A stretch of 64,000 nt of DNA, from assembly GCA_053919585.1 (NCBI GenBank), contig CM132785.1, one strand, 5' to 3'. The DNA comes from Euprymna scolopes. Taxonomy: Eukaryota. This document shows positions 1 to 13,080 of the stretch, piece by piece. The notes under the pieces are model-generated. The model worked only from the letters and a program-made list of their open reading frames with translations, had not been told where the DNA came from and searched no databases. Position 1 is the stretch's first letter. Every line of letters starts with the position of its first letter. Made by a program: the position numbers and the translations under genes.

Positions 1-98
1 AAATAATCACGTGATGATACAATTTTAATTTGTGTGTGACGCATATTTAATGAACTGTTGATATTTTAATGATCTGCAATAAAGCGACTACCACAGTT

Positions 99-157
<59 letters not shown>

Positions 158-214
158 TTAAACAAAACAGTCGTTATCATGTGCAGTGCAATGATTTTGG
201 GATTATGTTGTTGT

Positions 215-2110
215 TTTTTAATAGGCAAAACCACTTATCAACGCCAGAGACCATTCGACGATAAGGGTGAACAGTGTACAGTAGTTAATTGGACAATATA
301 ATATTCGTTAGCAATGGAAATTCTGTAATTTTTTTAACAAGTGGAACAGCTCATCAAGAACTTGTTTACGTTGGACTTGAAGACAACTATATTGTAGTAA
401 GCTAAAAAGCAGGAAAAAGGAAGACAATTCCACAGGCGTGCAGTTCAAAGGAAGAAGATTTGTTCATGGAGTCAACGTTTAGGCACAGAGGAAAAGTGAG
501 GAGAATTATTGATAGCGTTTTTAGCTGGACGAGTGTTTCTCGTGAAAGGTTTGCGAGGGGGAAACAATAGATTGAAGCTCAGTCGAACATTTTCCATGAA
601 AATAACAGTACATCAGAGACAAATACGCAACATCTCTTCTGTGAGATAGAGGTTCCAGGGAAGAGAGAAGGGCATCTCCTACGGGGCTACGAAGTCTATT
701 TTTAACTCTATCAAGGCAGGATACACTCTTTAACCCTTATCCTTGAGTGGCCTCTTGGCCTTAACAATGTGGCGATACATGTGTAAAAAATGGGGTTCGG
801 AGCGTTGATTATGTAAAGATTGAAGCCATATTTTAGATGCATTAAAAGTAACCAGCCACTCCTTTCCCCATTGTAGCACGTTCTCAAGATCAGAGGAGAG
901 AGAATCGGAGATTACTTGGTCGTTCACGGTCTTATATGTGTGTCCATAGACGGTAGTGTCATAACATAAATGTCTACGAATGATGTGAAGATGTGATTTG
1001 GAAGATCATTAGTGTAGATCATGAAAAGAGTTGGGCCCATGATGGACCCCTGAGGGACTCCAGTATTAATACTGTGATCTTCTGATTTTCCCCGTCAACC
1101 ACTATTCTTATGAACCTATCAGAGATAAATGTTTTAATAATTGAGAAGACATTTCCAGCTATACCGTAACTAGAGATCTTGTGATGGAAACCTTTATGCA
1201 AGACCCTATGTCAAGAGCAATCGCTCTAGAAAGGTAGTCTCCGTCGAGAGATTAGCTTATCCTATGGAATATAACTGTAAACATATCTGCTGTAGATCTA
1301 GCAGATAGAAACCATATTTGGTGTCACTAAGGTTAAGTAGTGTTATTTTTGCTGAAGATCGTTGATTACTTCTCTATTTAACAGATTTCAGCAACTTACT
1401 CATGAAGCACAGGAGACTTATTGTTCTGTCCTGAGGGGAATGATCGACGACGTGAATTCTTAAATTCAGGGCATACTGATGAAATTTTCCAGCGTGATGG
1501 GGAGCAATTCTCCTTAAGACAACGTTTAAACAGTTTTGTAAGTATGAGCCCTAGTTCTGGTTTATGTTTTTTGAGTACTCTAATTGCTTCACGGGAATCA
1601 AGGTTTTGATTATCTTGGCAACATCACGTACAAGAATTTTTATATCACATAGCGTGTTTTCTGATACAGGAGAAAATATTGGGGGTTGGCGGACTTTATT
1701 ACTTTCTAACAATGCGTGTTGGCAGTCCTGAAAGCGACTTTAATCTGTATACATCTATTACGTTGTAAGCAATGAAAATAGTGATTATTATACGCAATGG
1801 CAGCAGCACATTCTGGAGAGAACCATGGCTGGCTGTTAGGTTTTGGCGGGAACTTTTGGAGGGTATAAAACGGTCTATACGTACAATCAACCATTCGGTC
1901 AGGTCTGATACTATAGAGGACACAATCTTTTTTAAACATGGAATGCAAAAGTAGATACGATATAAATGTACGGAAGCTATCCCAGCCAGCCATAAAGTAT
2001 CGATATACAGTACGATCCAGAAGAACGTCTGAGGACTTATTACATTTCATTTTTTTCTTAATTGATACAACAGAGTGGTCGGAAGATCCAAGTGGAGACA
2101 AAACGGGAAC
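215..2110 (-). mobile_element. Decayed CR1/Zenon-like LINE (end of endonuclease, RT, 3' tail) with internal deletions
   Basis: Peptides SPLGSSDHSVV (APE end), SQPWFSPECAAA, HKGFHHKISSYGI, DLENVLQWGKEWLVTFNASK; family 3' tail (ccacttatcaa...gataaggg on +) near 215-270; many stops and frameshifts. Confidence 0.9.
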
Positions 2111-5100
2111 TGCCCTTAGTTCAGGACAAGTTTTGGGTTTTATCCGACTTCAGAATACGATCTTCACTTCTAGCAAGAACTGTTTGATGTAATCGGCATA
2201 TATAGAAAGAAAATGATAAAGACAAAAACTCGAGTCTGAATATACACCCACATTCGTACATACATACATACTGTGTGTGTTTATCGGTGGTAAAGTAGTG
2301 TTGATTATTACGCTATTTACTCAAACTATTCCATATAAACATGTCCTTGTACAGATGGCGTAGAGGACCCAAGAAATTATTTTTCCTTAAATTATTGAGA
2401 AATTAAAACGGTTTTTTTATATGTATGGTGATCAATGATTGTATTATTTTTGCAAATTGCGCAAATAATTAAAAGACAGAAAAAATAGAATAAAAGCCAA
2501 CATTAAATAGAAAGCTTAGCACACTGATAAAGTAAGATGTTATAAAGACAGCTATATGAAGGATCTAACAAAACATTTAAAATATTTTGAGAAACTATTT
2601 AATGCTCTATGTATTTCTCTCACATTTCTCTGTAAAGTGCATTTTCTTTTTTCTCATCATCGGGTAATTCTTAACTAGTCTTTTTCTTTGGGATATCTTC
2701 TTATTCATAATGACACTTTAAGAACACTTATTTGGTTGCAGATTCTAAAAAGGTTAATATATAATTAAAAAATATACAATAAATAATGGTCATACAAAGT
2801 AAGTTGTTTAACTCGCTAGTTAAAACACATTAAAATACTGAATTATATAATTTATTAAATATAGTATTACTAAGATGCGTTACATTATTCAAATAAATGT
2901 ACAGTTAAATCTAAGAAAATTAAAAGATTGTGTCTTTAAGAATATTTTTCTAATAAAAAAATTATTGACTTGAATATGGATTTACATGTTGCACACGTGC
3001 TAGCCTTGTGTAACTTAGTAGTTATCGTGCAACTATATATATATATGTATATATATATACATATATATGGATGTGCGTGTGTGTTTATCGTTTTTATGAT
3101 ATATATATATATATATATACATAAATAATCAAAGTAAAATTAAGCAATCAAATAATTTGCTTTGTATGTAATATATAAAATAGTGAACGATCGAAAAGTA
3201 AACACCAAATAATAGAATGCATGCAACGTTATCAACTGTACAAAGATATAATCTGACAGAAATAGTTGATCTGTAATCAGGAATGGAGACTACAGTTTGA
3301 AAAATTACTTATAGTTTACTGGTTTGCATTGTGCGTGATAGACGTAAAATTTAAACCTTACACATTACTGCTAAATTTGTTAAACAGCCATATAACCGAC
3401 CAGTAATGTGTGGGATCACTCATCTTTAGTTAATTCTTTTAGAACTGACACGCGTTTAATTCAATAAAGCTATAATCAAAAAGACCATTTACACATAATA
3501 TCACCAAAGAGCAACAAGTCAAACTAGTGTTCTCGAAACAGTGTATATATGCTACAAAGATCTTCAATTATTACAATAAACGAAACCTATCCCTCCTAAA
3601 ATTTTCGGTTCGTTTATCAAAGATCCGGTTTAAACTAGACTGGCTAACGTTTTTAATAAATATTGTAGTGAAGATAATAATGGAAGCGGGATAATGAGAA
3701 AATAATAAAATAAAAACAAACAGAAAAAGAAAAGATCGGGTGACGATGTAAGGCTGTAATCATGCAATTTCATATGAAAAAAAGAGCTGCCATATCTTCT
3801 TAAAAAAACTGAATATAAGGCGAATATATGCAATATATGCAAAATAAACCTGCGATTATTAGTGTTACTTCTGTTAATCTAAATCTTCACATGATTCAAT
3901 GACAACGGTTGGACAGAATTCATGAAACGTCAAGGATTTAAAATACTCCGAACCTTCTTGTCGTGTATATTACGAACCCTGCGAAAATTGACTGATCTGT
4001 AGATTTATACGAATCAATCCAACAGAAATATATTCTGTTTCTGTTCATGAGTGTATTTCTATGAGAATTCTCATCCATAAATTCCCATGTTAATTTAGAA
4101 TAGAAATCGCAACATTTAGAATTGATTAAGCAATTTCACGTCTAGTTGAAATGACACTATGTTTATCTCATAGATGTGTTAGTCTATTTTCTTAGGAGAT
4201 ATATATGAAAACGGATGTTGTGCAGTTGTTTAAGTGCATATCATATGTCAGTCTCATAGTGTGCGTTATACTGTGCGTTATTGCAAGGTGACTACCAATA
4301 TCATTGGAATATATGGTATCAATGAGTTACGTATTATAGGATTCGCAAGAATCTTACATCTCTAATGACAATAAGCAAAAGTAAAAACAAAGATATAAAA
4401 AAAACGGATAACAACTTCATATTTATTAAGATATAACCGTGTCAAAAAAAACCATAGATTTTCATATATGAAACAAAAGATAAATTCCTTTAGGAAAGCT
4501 ATAACAAAATTTGCGAACGATGGGGTAACAATTTTCACGAAAGGCTTGGTATCTTGAAATGACAAACTTCGGAAAGTACCTACGCCAATAGTTAAAATAT
4601 ATGAAGACACTTGAACTCCTCATCCGCGGAAGATCATTTTACATGGCAATATGAATATAAATGATATTCAGTAGTAAGCCAGATTCTTGATTTAAGTTTG
4701 CTAACTCTATTACTGTAATAGTGTTTAATGGCTCCAGTTCTATCAGATTTTACACTGTCAGTTTTCTCATGAAAACTTAGAATAAAATCGCAAAAATTGT
4801 AAGTCATTTAAGGTTTACAGTAGTACTTGGGTTACAATACTTTTCTTATCGTCCAGGCTTAAATTTTAGTTTATAAAAGTGTCGCATAAATCATGCCTGG
4901 TTAAATTGTTTGCACTGGAACAATATAGTAGGCGCTCGGTGATCGTTTTTTAAAAATTATTTTACCACGTGTAACTAATAGCATTGAAAATGAAAAATAT
5001 AGGGAATAATAAGCCGTTCCCTCAGTAATGTCTTATGCATTCGGATTAAAAATAGGTAAAACTATGTTATATGTTCCCTAAAGCTCTGCACTATAACAAA

Positions 5101-5456
5101 ACTAAGAGAACTACAAAACAACAACAAAACATAATAACAGATTATTTGTGAATGTTTACCAATACGGTTCACTTATGTATTAACCAGTGATTACTGATAT
5201 TTCTCAGAGTTAGTAATTACTGCAGAAATGGAAAAAAAAAACAAAACCGATAACCACACATTCTTAAATATAAACGTTCCAATCAAGTGAAAAAATAGGT
5301 GAAAACTAGCCACATGCTAATTGTGCAGATCATTGGGTATATTCGCATGTATTTTTGAGACATCATTTCTAGTTTATTGCAACATTCTGCTGTATATATT
5401 ATTACACGCATACATACATACATACATACAGTTAAACAGACAGGTGAGATTTATAT

Positions 5457-6165
5457 TATAGACAAGCCTGGGTGGCCGGCGTTGTCCGGGTGTTTGGAGG
5501 TGTGTGTTGAGCAAAGACAAAAGTAATAGTACGCAGGCAGGCTGGAACCCGTTACGCGAAGGACAAAAAGAACGTGAAAAAAGTGACAGCATTGCTGTTG
5601 CGCCCATCGCTAATGCGGAAGTGACAAATGCTTAAATTAAGGCTAGTCAATCGAAAAGAGGTGATGACTTTCGAAAATATTGACGAAATGGGCGACCCCG
5701 CTGTAGAAAAGATTTCAGTTGAGAGAGAAGAAATTAATGTTTGTAGCCAATTTTTCAATAATTGTTGCCCAGAGGATCGAACTTCAAAACGATACCGATG
5801 TCGTGAAAATTGTTTGCCTCCGTCGATGATTCAGGCAGACATACATATATACATGCGTACATACGTACATTGAAACAGATAGTTGAGATTTATCTTATAG
5901 ACTAGCCTGTGTGCCCGGCGTTGGTTGTTGAGCAAAGACAAAAGTGGTAGTAGGACGGCAGGATCGAAGTCATACCGCAAAAAAAGAAATGAACGCGAAA
6001 TGTAACCGCTTTGCCGTTGGGGCCATCGCTAAACCAGAAGTTACGAATGTTAATCTTAAGGCTAGTCAATCGAAAAGGAAGAGTTGACTTTTGAAAATAT
6101 CGTCGACAAAAGCGATCCCTCCTTGTAGAAAAATGCCTAGTCCAAGGTGGAGAAATTAATGTTAA
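5457..6165 (+). mobile_element. Two diverged tandem copies of a non-autonomous Helitron-like element 5' region
   Basis: Copies at ~5457-5760 and ~5897-6165 share (a)gac(a/t)agcctg.gtg.ccggcgttg...gttgagcaaagacaaaagt...aaggctagtcaatcgaaaag; a CTAG...CCCGGCGTTG start is common in invertebrate non-autonomous Helitron-like repeats. Confidence 0.55.
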
Positions 6166-6170
6166 TTAAG

Positions 6171-6230
<60 letters not shown>

Positions 6231-6554
6231 TCATTTAATCATGAGTAGAAGAAAGGAGGAGTGGTTAACATTCGTTTTGGCGAATTGTAACAAGGTTTTA
6301 TAAAGATGCTTTGCGACCATCATTAACGAGCATGTGCTTATTTCGTTTGCATCTGATAAAGTCAAATATTTTTTTTTTAAACTCAACCCTGTTTAACCAG
6401 AGCCAGATTCTTCCTGAATTTTATATAAAGCAATATATACTGACAATATTCCACTAATAGTTCCTAAATAACTGCAACCGGAACAAGCAATAATATTTGC
6501 AAAGTAATACAATCGATGCTCAAACTATAAATCTCATCCAACACCTCCGAAATT

Positions 6555-7200
6555 CTCATTTGATGTCCCTATATTTTGCAACTAAGTACTCTGCAATTGA
6601 TCCTGTGTGTTCTATAAGTAAGTGTTAACTAGAGAAATTATCGATCACATCAGAAAAAAACAATATATTCTGTGGCAAGCAGAAGGTTTTACGTGCTGTG
6701 AGATTTAAAGCTTATGTACTCTATTTAATCTCACATAGGATTAGTGAATCCCTCGTTTCCTCTCAAAAGCGACAGCTCTTGAATTATTAAAAACATTTGA
6801 TAGAGTTTAGTATGAATTTCTAATTCGTTTTTTTTTCTAGTTATGGAATATCTGGAACTCTCTGCCCAAAATTTAATCATTTTCTTCTTATAGTTTTTTT
6901 TTCAAGTCCTGGTTGAGGGCTAGATATCCGAAACTCCAGGTATCAACGTTGCCATTTCTGGACCCAATTCTCTTCATTATTTTCATTGATTTCTAAGACT
7001 ACATTCTTAGTTCCTTTCTTGACAGATATACAAATGACACTACCATTTATGGCTATCATTGACCAAGATCTCTCAAAGTCACTGATCTTAGGCACGCGGT
7101 GCAATGGGCAACAGATTGCTGGTTTGTTGTAAACTAACGATTATCTTTTCAGAATAAACTGTCTGATACCCAATGCACATGAATTGCCCTCTCGTTTCTA
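6555..7200 (+). mobile_element. Very decayed CR1/Zenon-like LINE RT fragment
   Basis: Remnants of KxFDRV, SSYGISG, GPILFIIFI and YxDDTTIYG (gatatacaaatgacactaccatttatggc), homologous to the copy at 47.5-48.7 kb. Confidence 0.75.
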
Positions 7201-7444
7201 AACTCATTCTTTATTATTTTATAATTATTATATATTGATAGATATATTTATTGTGTATGGTAATCGCGCACCTTTGTTTTTATTGATAGTGGCACTGTTT
7301 ACTGAGCGTAGACAATTCGGGTGAAATATGATTGTTGCTGCTCTCTATGGCCTAAATAAACCTGATAATAAAATAAATGGCAAGAGAAACATACAGAATA
7401 ATATACTATATCTATAAAGATCAGAGGAATCCTCTATTACTTTA

Positions 7445-9280
7445 ATAGGCCCCCCAGTCATTACCGACGGATTTAATGTACGCATGTATTAATTATTGCA
7501 ATTTGTTGAATGGATTCTGAACAATGCAGTAGCTTCTGGTAGAGCTTTTCGATACGGTATCAGTAGGTAAGTGTTACAAACAATATTTCTTCTCTTATTT
7601 TTCTTCCTTATCTTCCCTTTCTTTCCCGCTCAAACTACGTCTGTCGACCTATTTCACAACTCGTTAAACTCTATCATAAACACTCTCCAGGCGGAATACA
7701 AGATTAAACCGAAAACTTCGCATTCCAACGTTGAACCCCACTACCATGTCACCTTCTAAAAATCAGAGGCCTGCAATCGAATCTTCTAGAGCTTGAAATC
7801 TAATTACAGGTGACCAAATAAGACCTATTCTTACTAAGCGAAACTTGCATTTTACAGACTATTTTCCTGAATTAGTTCGTAATTAAATATATTCTAATTT
7901 ATCATCCGAATCTTAACCCAAAGATCGATATGAGCATGGAATCTGTGTCTACATGAGAGACGGCCTCCTTTGTGGTCGGAACATCTTCAGAGAAGACCCT
8001 AAATTTGCTTCTGGATTAACTTGCTACCAGCACTGCGTTTATATTCGTTCCCAAAACAGTGGAATTATAATCTTTAACACCATATCTGAGATAATTGACC
8101 ACATCCGTTTTGCTTTTATTTCGGCTAACATTCACGTCTGTAGTGACATTAATGTTCACAGTGTGGTAAGGTTAGCACACTGAAACAAGACAGATGATGG
8201 GCGGAGGTTCTGTCGCAACTTCTCCATTCCTTATGAGCTTACTAAGATTGTTCACGAACCTATCAGTATTCCCAACACCGACGGCCAGTATGCAAGTCTA
8301 CTAGACGTTTCTCTTACAGCTTGCCCTGAGCTATGTTAATCTTCCGTTCTGTCTCCACTGGGATCTTTCAACAACTCAGTTGTCTCAGTGAAGATAAAAA
8401 CAAAATGTGATAAATCCTCTGACATTGATCTCCATCATACAGTATATCGATAGTTTACGGTTGACTGAGATAGCTTTCTTACATTTTTATCAAATCTACC
8501 TCTACGCTCCATGTTTTAAAATAACGTCTCCTTCATAGAGTCAGAATTGATTGAATGGTAAATTGTAAGTATATACTTCTAAAAAAATCAAGAAAAACCT
8601 AACAGTCAGCCGTGGTTTTCTACAGAATATATGGCTTTCGTTGCGTATAAACTCACTTTTTACATTGCTTCTTACAGAATAGTTGTACTGAAATTGAATA
8701 CGCCTTCAGGACTGCCAGCAACCACTGTAAAAGAGTAATAAAGAACACTAGAGAGGTGTATGCTCAGTCTGTTAAGTCTTAAGTAGGTGGGGATCGGCTT
8801 GGTGCATACTATGTTTTATGAATAACAAACAGGGTTCTGAATAGAAATGTGTACTCTATCCCAGCAATCATTAATGGGCCTGAGCCAATCTCGTAAACAT
8901 CGAACAAAAGAAATATCATTTACAAGAATTTTGCAGCCAAATTTTACGCGATCAGGGCGGCCAAACCACCGTTTTCTAATGTGTCTAAAACACGCTATGC
9001 AACATACAAATAACTGTGCGTGATGTTGCCAAGTTAAACAAAAGCCTCGATTCCAGTAAAGCAACTGGCACTGACGGCATCCCTATTATAGTGCTAAAAA
9101 ACTTGAAGCTGAACTATCTCCTCTCTTTACTAACAAAACTGTAAAAGCGTTGTCTTAAAGAGAATCGCTTCCCAACATACTGAAAAAAACCTCATCATTA
9201 TGTCCGTATATAAAAATTTAGGTGGTCGTTCATCTCCCTCTCAATACAGACTGATAAGTCTCATGTGCGTCATAATTAAG
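7445..9280 (+). mobile_element. CR1/Zenon-like LINE 5' part (5'UTR, endonuclease, start of RT)
   Basis: HGICVYMRDGLLCGR, ANIHVCSDINVH, SPLGS, KPNSQPWFS, KATGTDGIP, QYRLISL; 5'UTR homologous to 12700-12860 (-); no ORF1 visible before the endonuclease. Confidence 0.85.
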
Positions 9281-9526
9281 TATAGGAGACGCCCCATCCA
9301 TGGGATTAATGGCCTATCTTTTGTCGTCACTTCTTCTAGTGACGCCATTTAAGGTAGCGAGTATTAGTGCCCGGCAGTCTGACGTTGGCACGCGACCAAG
9401 TTGGACGTGTACGTTGAGAAATGGATTTGCTCAACTGTAATATATCTGAATTCATGTTTCGTTCCTAAAAATCCTGTGTTCCTTTACTTTATTACCATTT
9501 AACTCCATAACAAGTGACGGCGAGGA
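9281..9526 (+). mobile_element. Candidate LTR plus primer-binding site of a Gypsy-like retrotransposon
   Basis: GC-richer ~230 bp block starting (g)tataggag and ending ctccataaca (imperfect inverted ends, terminal CA), followed by agtgacggcgagga, which resembles a TGGCGACGAGG-type PBS; it truncates the LINE at 9280. Confidence 0.45.
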
Positions 9527-10135
9527 TTTGACTTTCGCACTGGTTAACTTCACAAAAAAAAAATTATAATTGACTTCAAAAGTACTTCCAATTTACAAGG
9601 CAAGAATTCGGCTGGCAATTCCGTTCTAAAAACAACAAAAAATGAAAACGAAATGATGGAAAAGTTATCGACGAAATGTTAAGTACTCTTTTGTCTGTAT
9701 ATTAAAATTGAAAAGAACTGGGCGAAACACATTTTTTATAATGTGTAATAATTAGGTTGGTTTCCTATTGATAGAAGAACAACAAAAGAAATAGAGAAAA
9801 ATGATTTTCTGATTTTTGATTTTCGCCGCGCGAACAATTCTATCGTAAAATGTCGACTGTTTAAGCGTAGACAAATTTGAACATTTTTCAAATAAAGTGA
9901 AAAGTTTTTTTTAAACTTTTTTGGCTGCAAAGTTTATGCATATTTTACCGAAAGAGAATTATGTCCTTTCTTTTTTCCCTTTTCGTTTTACTTGGACTTA
10001 AAGTAAAATAATTTTTTTTATTGAGTGGAAGTTTCGGAAATATTCTATTTTCAACAGTCGCTTCTAAAGTGAAGATTATGTTCTACCGCGTGGGGGCACC
10101 CCAAACACAAACATAATGAAAAAAAACATCCATTT

Positions 10136-10263
10136 NNNNNNNNNNNNNNNNNNNNNNNNNNNNNNNNNNNNNNNNNNNNNNNNNNNNNNNNNNNNNNNNN
10201 NNNNNNNNNNNNNNNNNNNNNNNNNNNNNNNNNNNNNNNNNNNNNNNNNNNNNNNNNNNNNNN
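10136..10263. other. Assembly gap (others at about 16029-16177, 17984-18118, 21851-22007, 32337-32500)
   Basis: Runs of N. Confidence 0.99.
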
Positions 10264-10418
10264 NTAACCTAGTTTTGAAACAGATCCTTTGTCCGATGAA
10301 ATGCATTCACATTAGCTGATAGGAAGGGGCGCGGTGGATACTAGAAAGCTGATAGGCTAACTAAAATCTCAATAGGAGAGGAGCATATAAAAACGATAAA
10401 CAACCACGGAATTCGTGC

Positions 10419-10473
10419 ATAAGCCCGAGGAGTCCTAGAGTGGATGAAACGCCGAATATTCAGTTTAGCTTAA
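10419..10473 (+). ncRNA. Degenerate type I hammerhead ribozyme motif in a Penelope-like pseudo-LTR remnant
   Basis: taagc-CCGAGGA-gtcc(tagagt)ggat-GAAAC-gccgaatattca-gttta-gctta: stem I, stem II and a palindromic stem III loop are present; the core has a U4>C change; TATAAAA lies ~30 nt upstream. Confidence 0.5.
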
Positions 10474-10603
10474 TCGCCATATATATTTCATAAATTACTA
10501 ACTAGCTCTACCTACGTATTGAGCACTTCTGAAATAAATACTTAAAGTTCAATCATAAATCTATACTTTCGTATATTAATTTTATGTGAGTAAATTAAGT
10601 AGT

Positions 10604-10635
<32 letters not shown>

Positions 10636-10703
10636 CCTTAGAATATTACTTATCTCATAATTTGACTAATTTAAACTTTAGCCTGATCCCTCTGTCTCTC
10701 TCT

Positions 10704-10761
<58 letters not shown>

Positions 10762-10781
10762 ATTCTTTTCAGAATATGACA

Positions 10782-12900
10782 TTTTTACAAAGGAGTCACC
10801 AGATATCAAGATAAGAATACCACTTGGGGATAAGGGCTATTGTGTGTGTTGTAGTCATTTGGACTGTTACATAATAATTGTTTTTGGAATCATTTGGTAT
10901 GATTAGATCATTGACGAGGACGACTCAACAAGAATCTTGTTTCCATTGGACTTGAATAGAATGATATTTTGGTTAACTAGAAAGCAGACTAGCGGAACAG
11001 TTCTGGGGTAGAAGCTTTGTTCAAAGACTCGATCTTTATGTTTGGGTAGTGGGGAAATTATTGATCATGAGTGTAGCCGGACAGTGTTTTTCGTGAAGCA
11101 TTGGCAATGGAGGTCTATAGATTTGACCTCTGTCGAACAGTTGTTGTTAAAATAGCGATAGAGCAAGGTCAGACTTGCTTCGTCTCTTCTGTAGGAAAGA
11201 GGCTGCGGAGAAGAGAAAACGGTATCGGCTACTAGATTACAAACTCTGTTTAGAACATTGTAAAGCCAGGATAGGACGCTCAGAGCAGACCCTGCCTAGA
11301 TTTGGCAGCACGTTTAAATCCTAGGGCGAACTTGGCTCTTATACAGATAGAGACTTTCTTCAGCAATGAGATATTTACTGGAGTGGTAGAAGGATCCACC
11401 AATTTTTCAGCGATTCTGATGATACTACCTCGGGCTTATTGATGATATTTGCGATAGAGAAAATGTTTCGGTTCAGGATCCTATTTGTTAATCGCCAAAC
11501 TTTTTGTGAATCAATCTGCTTCCCAGCTACTTTGGACTTGACGGAGTAAGCATACACCATTCTTGCGTTCTTTATTACTCTTTTAAATTGGTTGCTGACA
11601 GTCTTAAGGCTTTTATCTCAGTACTTTTATTTTCAGTAAGCAGTGGAAATAGTTGTTTATGTGCACAGTAGCAGTGGTACATTTGGTATAGATCCATGGC
11701 TGGCTGTTAAGTTCTTGCTGGAATTTATAAGAGGGTATAAAACGTCCAATACTGACAATAAACAATAAATCCAGGTCTGAAACTATAGAGGCATGTTAAT
11801 TTTAACATGTTCCGAATTGAAATATCTGATATAAATGTTCGTAAGCTATCCAAATCAGGCATTGAGTCGCGATATACTGTAGGATGTAGATGTAGATCTG
11901 GGGACTTATTATATTTTTTTTTAAATTTTAACTGAGACAATCGAGTTGTGAGAAAGTCCTAGTAGAAACAGAACGTAGGATGAACATATCTCTTGGCAAA
12001 TTTTAAGAATAACGTCGAAGTAAGTTGCATACTGTCCATCAATGTCGGTAACACGGGTGGGTTCGTTAATAATATGAGTTAGGTTATAGTTGATAGAGAA
12101 ATAATATTTCCCATCATCATTGGTTTATTATAGCGGTCAATCTATTCAACATTGGGAACATTGAAGTCACAAGAAACGTGAATGTAAACTGAACTGTGAG
12201 CAGACAGAATATTGGAAATTTTCTCAGAGATGCTCTTAAAAATAATTGCTTAGCTACTGTGAGGAGGATAGAAGGCAAATATGAATGCGGACTTGTCAGC
12301 ACGTGCTTCTCGGAAGCTTACATGAGGCGAATTATGATATTCTCTGCAGAAGTCCCTACCACATAGAACCCCCTCTCTGATGTAGACACATATTCCATGC
12401 CTTCGGCAATTTTGGGAATCAGATTTGGATGTAAAGTTACAGTCTACTTTGCTCGAGAAGACATCAAAGAATGAGTCGGCCTAATCCCTGATTCACACAG
12501 GAACGATATATCTGTTTTGGCCTTCTGTATTTGGATTTTAATCTCTGAAAGGTTGGAACATAGTCCCCTGATTGTTGGAGAATAGAGTTCCAGTTTTACA
12601 TTTTTGTTTTTCTTTTTGTAGACATTTTATGATTCAAGAGGATTTTTGGAAGATGTTGGCAGTGTTATTTAGAGCAGGACAGAGGGGAAAGTAAGGGAGA
12701 AAAAGAGACGAATAATTCGGTCCATGAAAAGATAATACTGTAACATTATCCACTAATATGATATCGAGAAGCCTCAACAATAACTGCTGCATAGTGCAGA
12801 ATCCATTCGCAAAAATTGCACTATAGCAAACCTAGTATTAATCCCCCGCTGACGGTTCCATAGTGGTTAATCCAAACTTCGAATCCCTGATTATCATTCG
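10782..12900 (-). mobile_element. CR1/Zenon-like LINE with both ends retained but the RT core deleted
   Basis: 5'UTR, endonuclease (YSPTIRGLCSNL, FLCES, HGICVYIREG) and linker (WRLTNRILNR...KPEVVSS) join directly to the C-terminal block (homologous to KMVGSFYR...LYLYKSQVRP) at ~11415, followed by the family 3' tail. Confidence 0.85.
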
Positions 12901-12960
12901 GGTAACGCCAGTCCAGTCGAAACGTTCACCTCAAGCACCCTTATTTATTAAGTGACCAAG

Positions 12961-13080
12961 ATATAGGAATAAAAAGGGGGACTTTTCGACTGTTCTTGCA
13001 AAGAATCTGCCGACCTTATGATATAGGAATAAAAAGGGGAACTTTTCGACTGTTCTTGCAAAGAATCTGCCGACTTTATG
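12961..13080. repeat. 60-bp direct tandem duplication (2 copies, 2 mismatches)
   Basis: atataggaataaaaagggg/aacttttcgactgttcttgcaaagaatctgccgac(c/t)ttatg twice. Confidence 0.95.

Noticed and set aside
10076-10319. ORFs spanning N runs (also 15983, 17860-18208, 21801-22148, 32128-32584)
   Set aside because: Artefacts of translating assembly gaps
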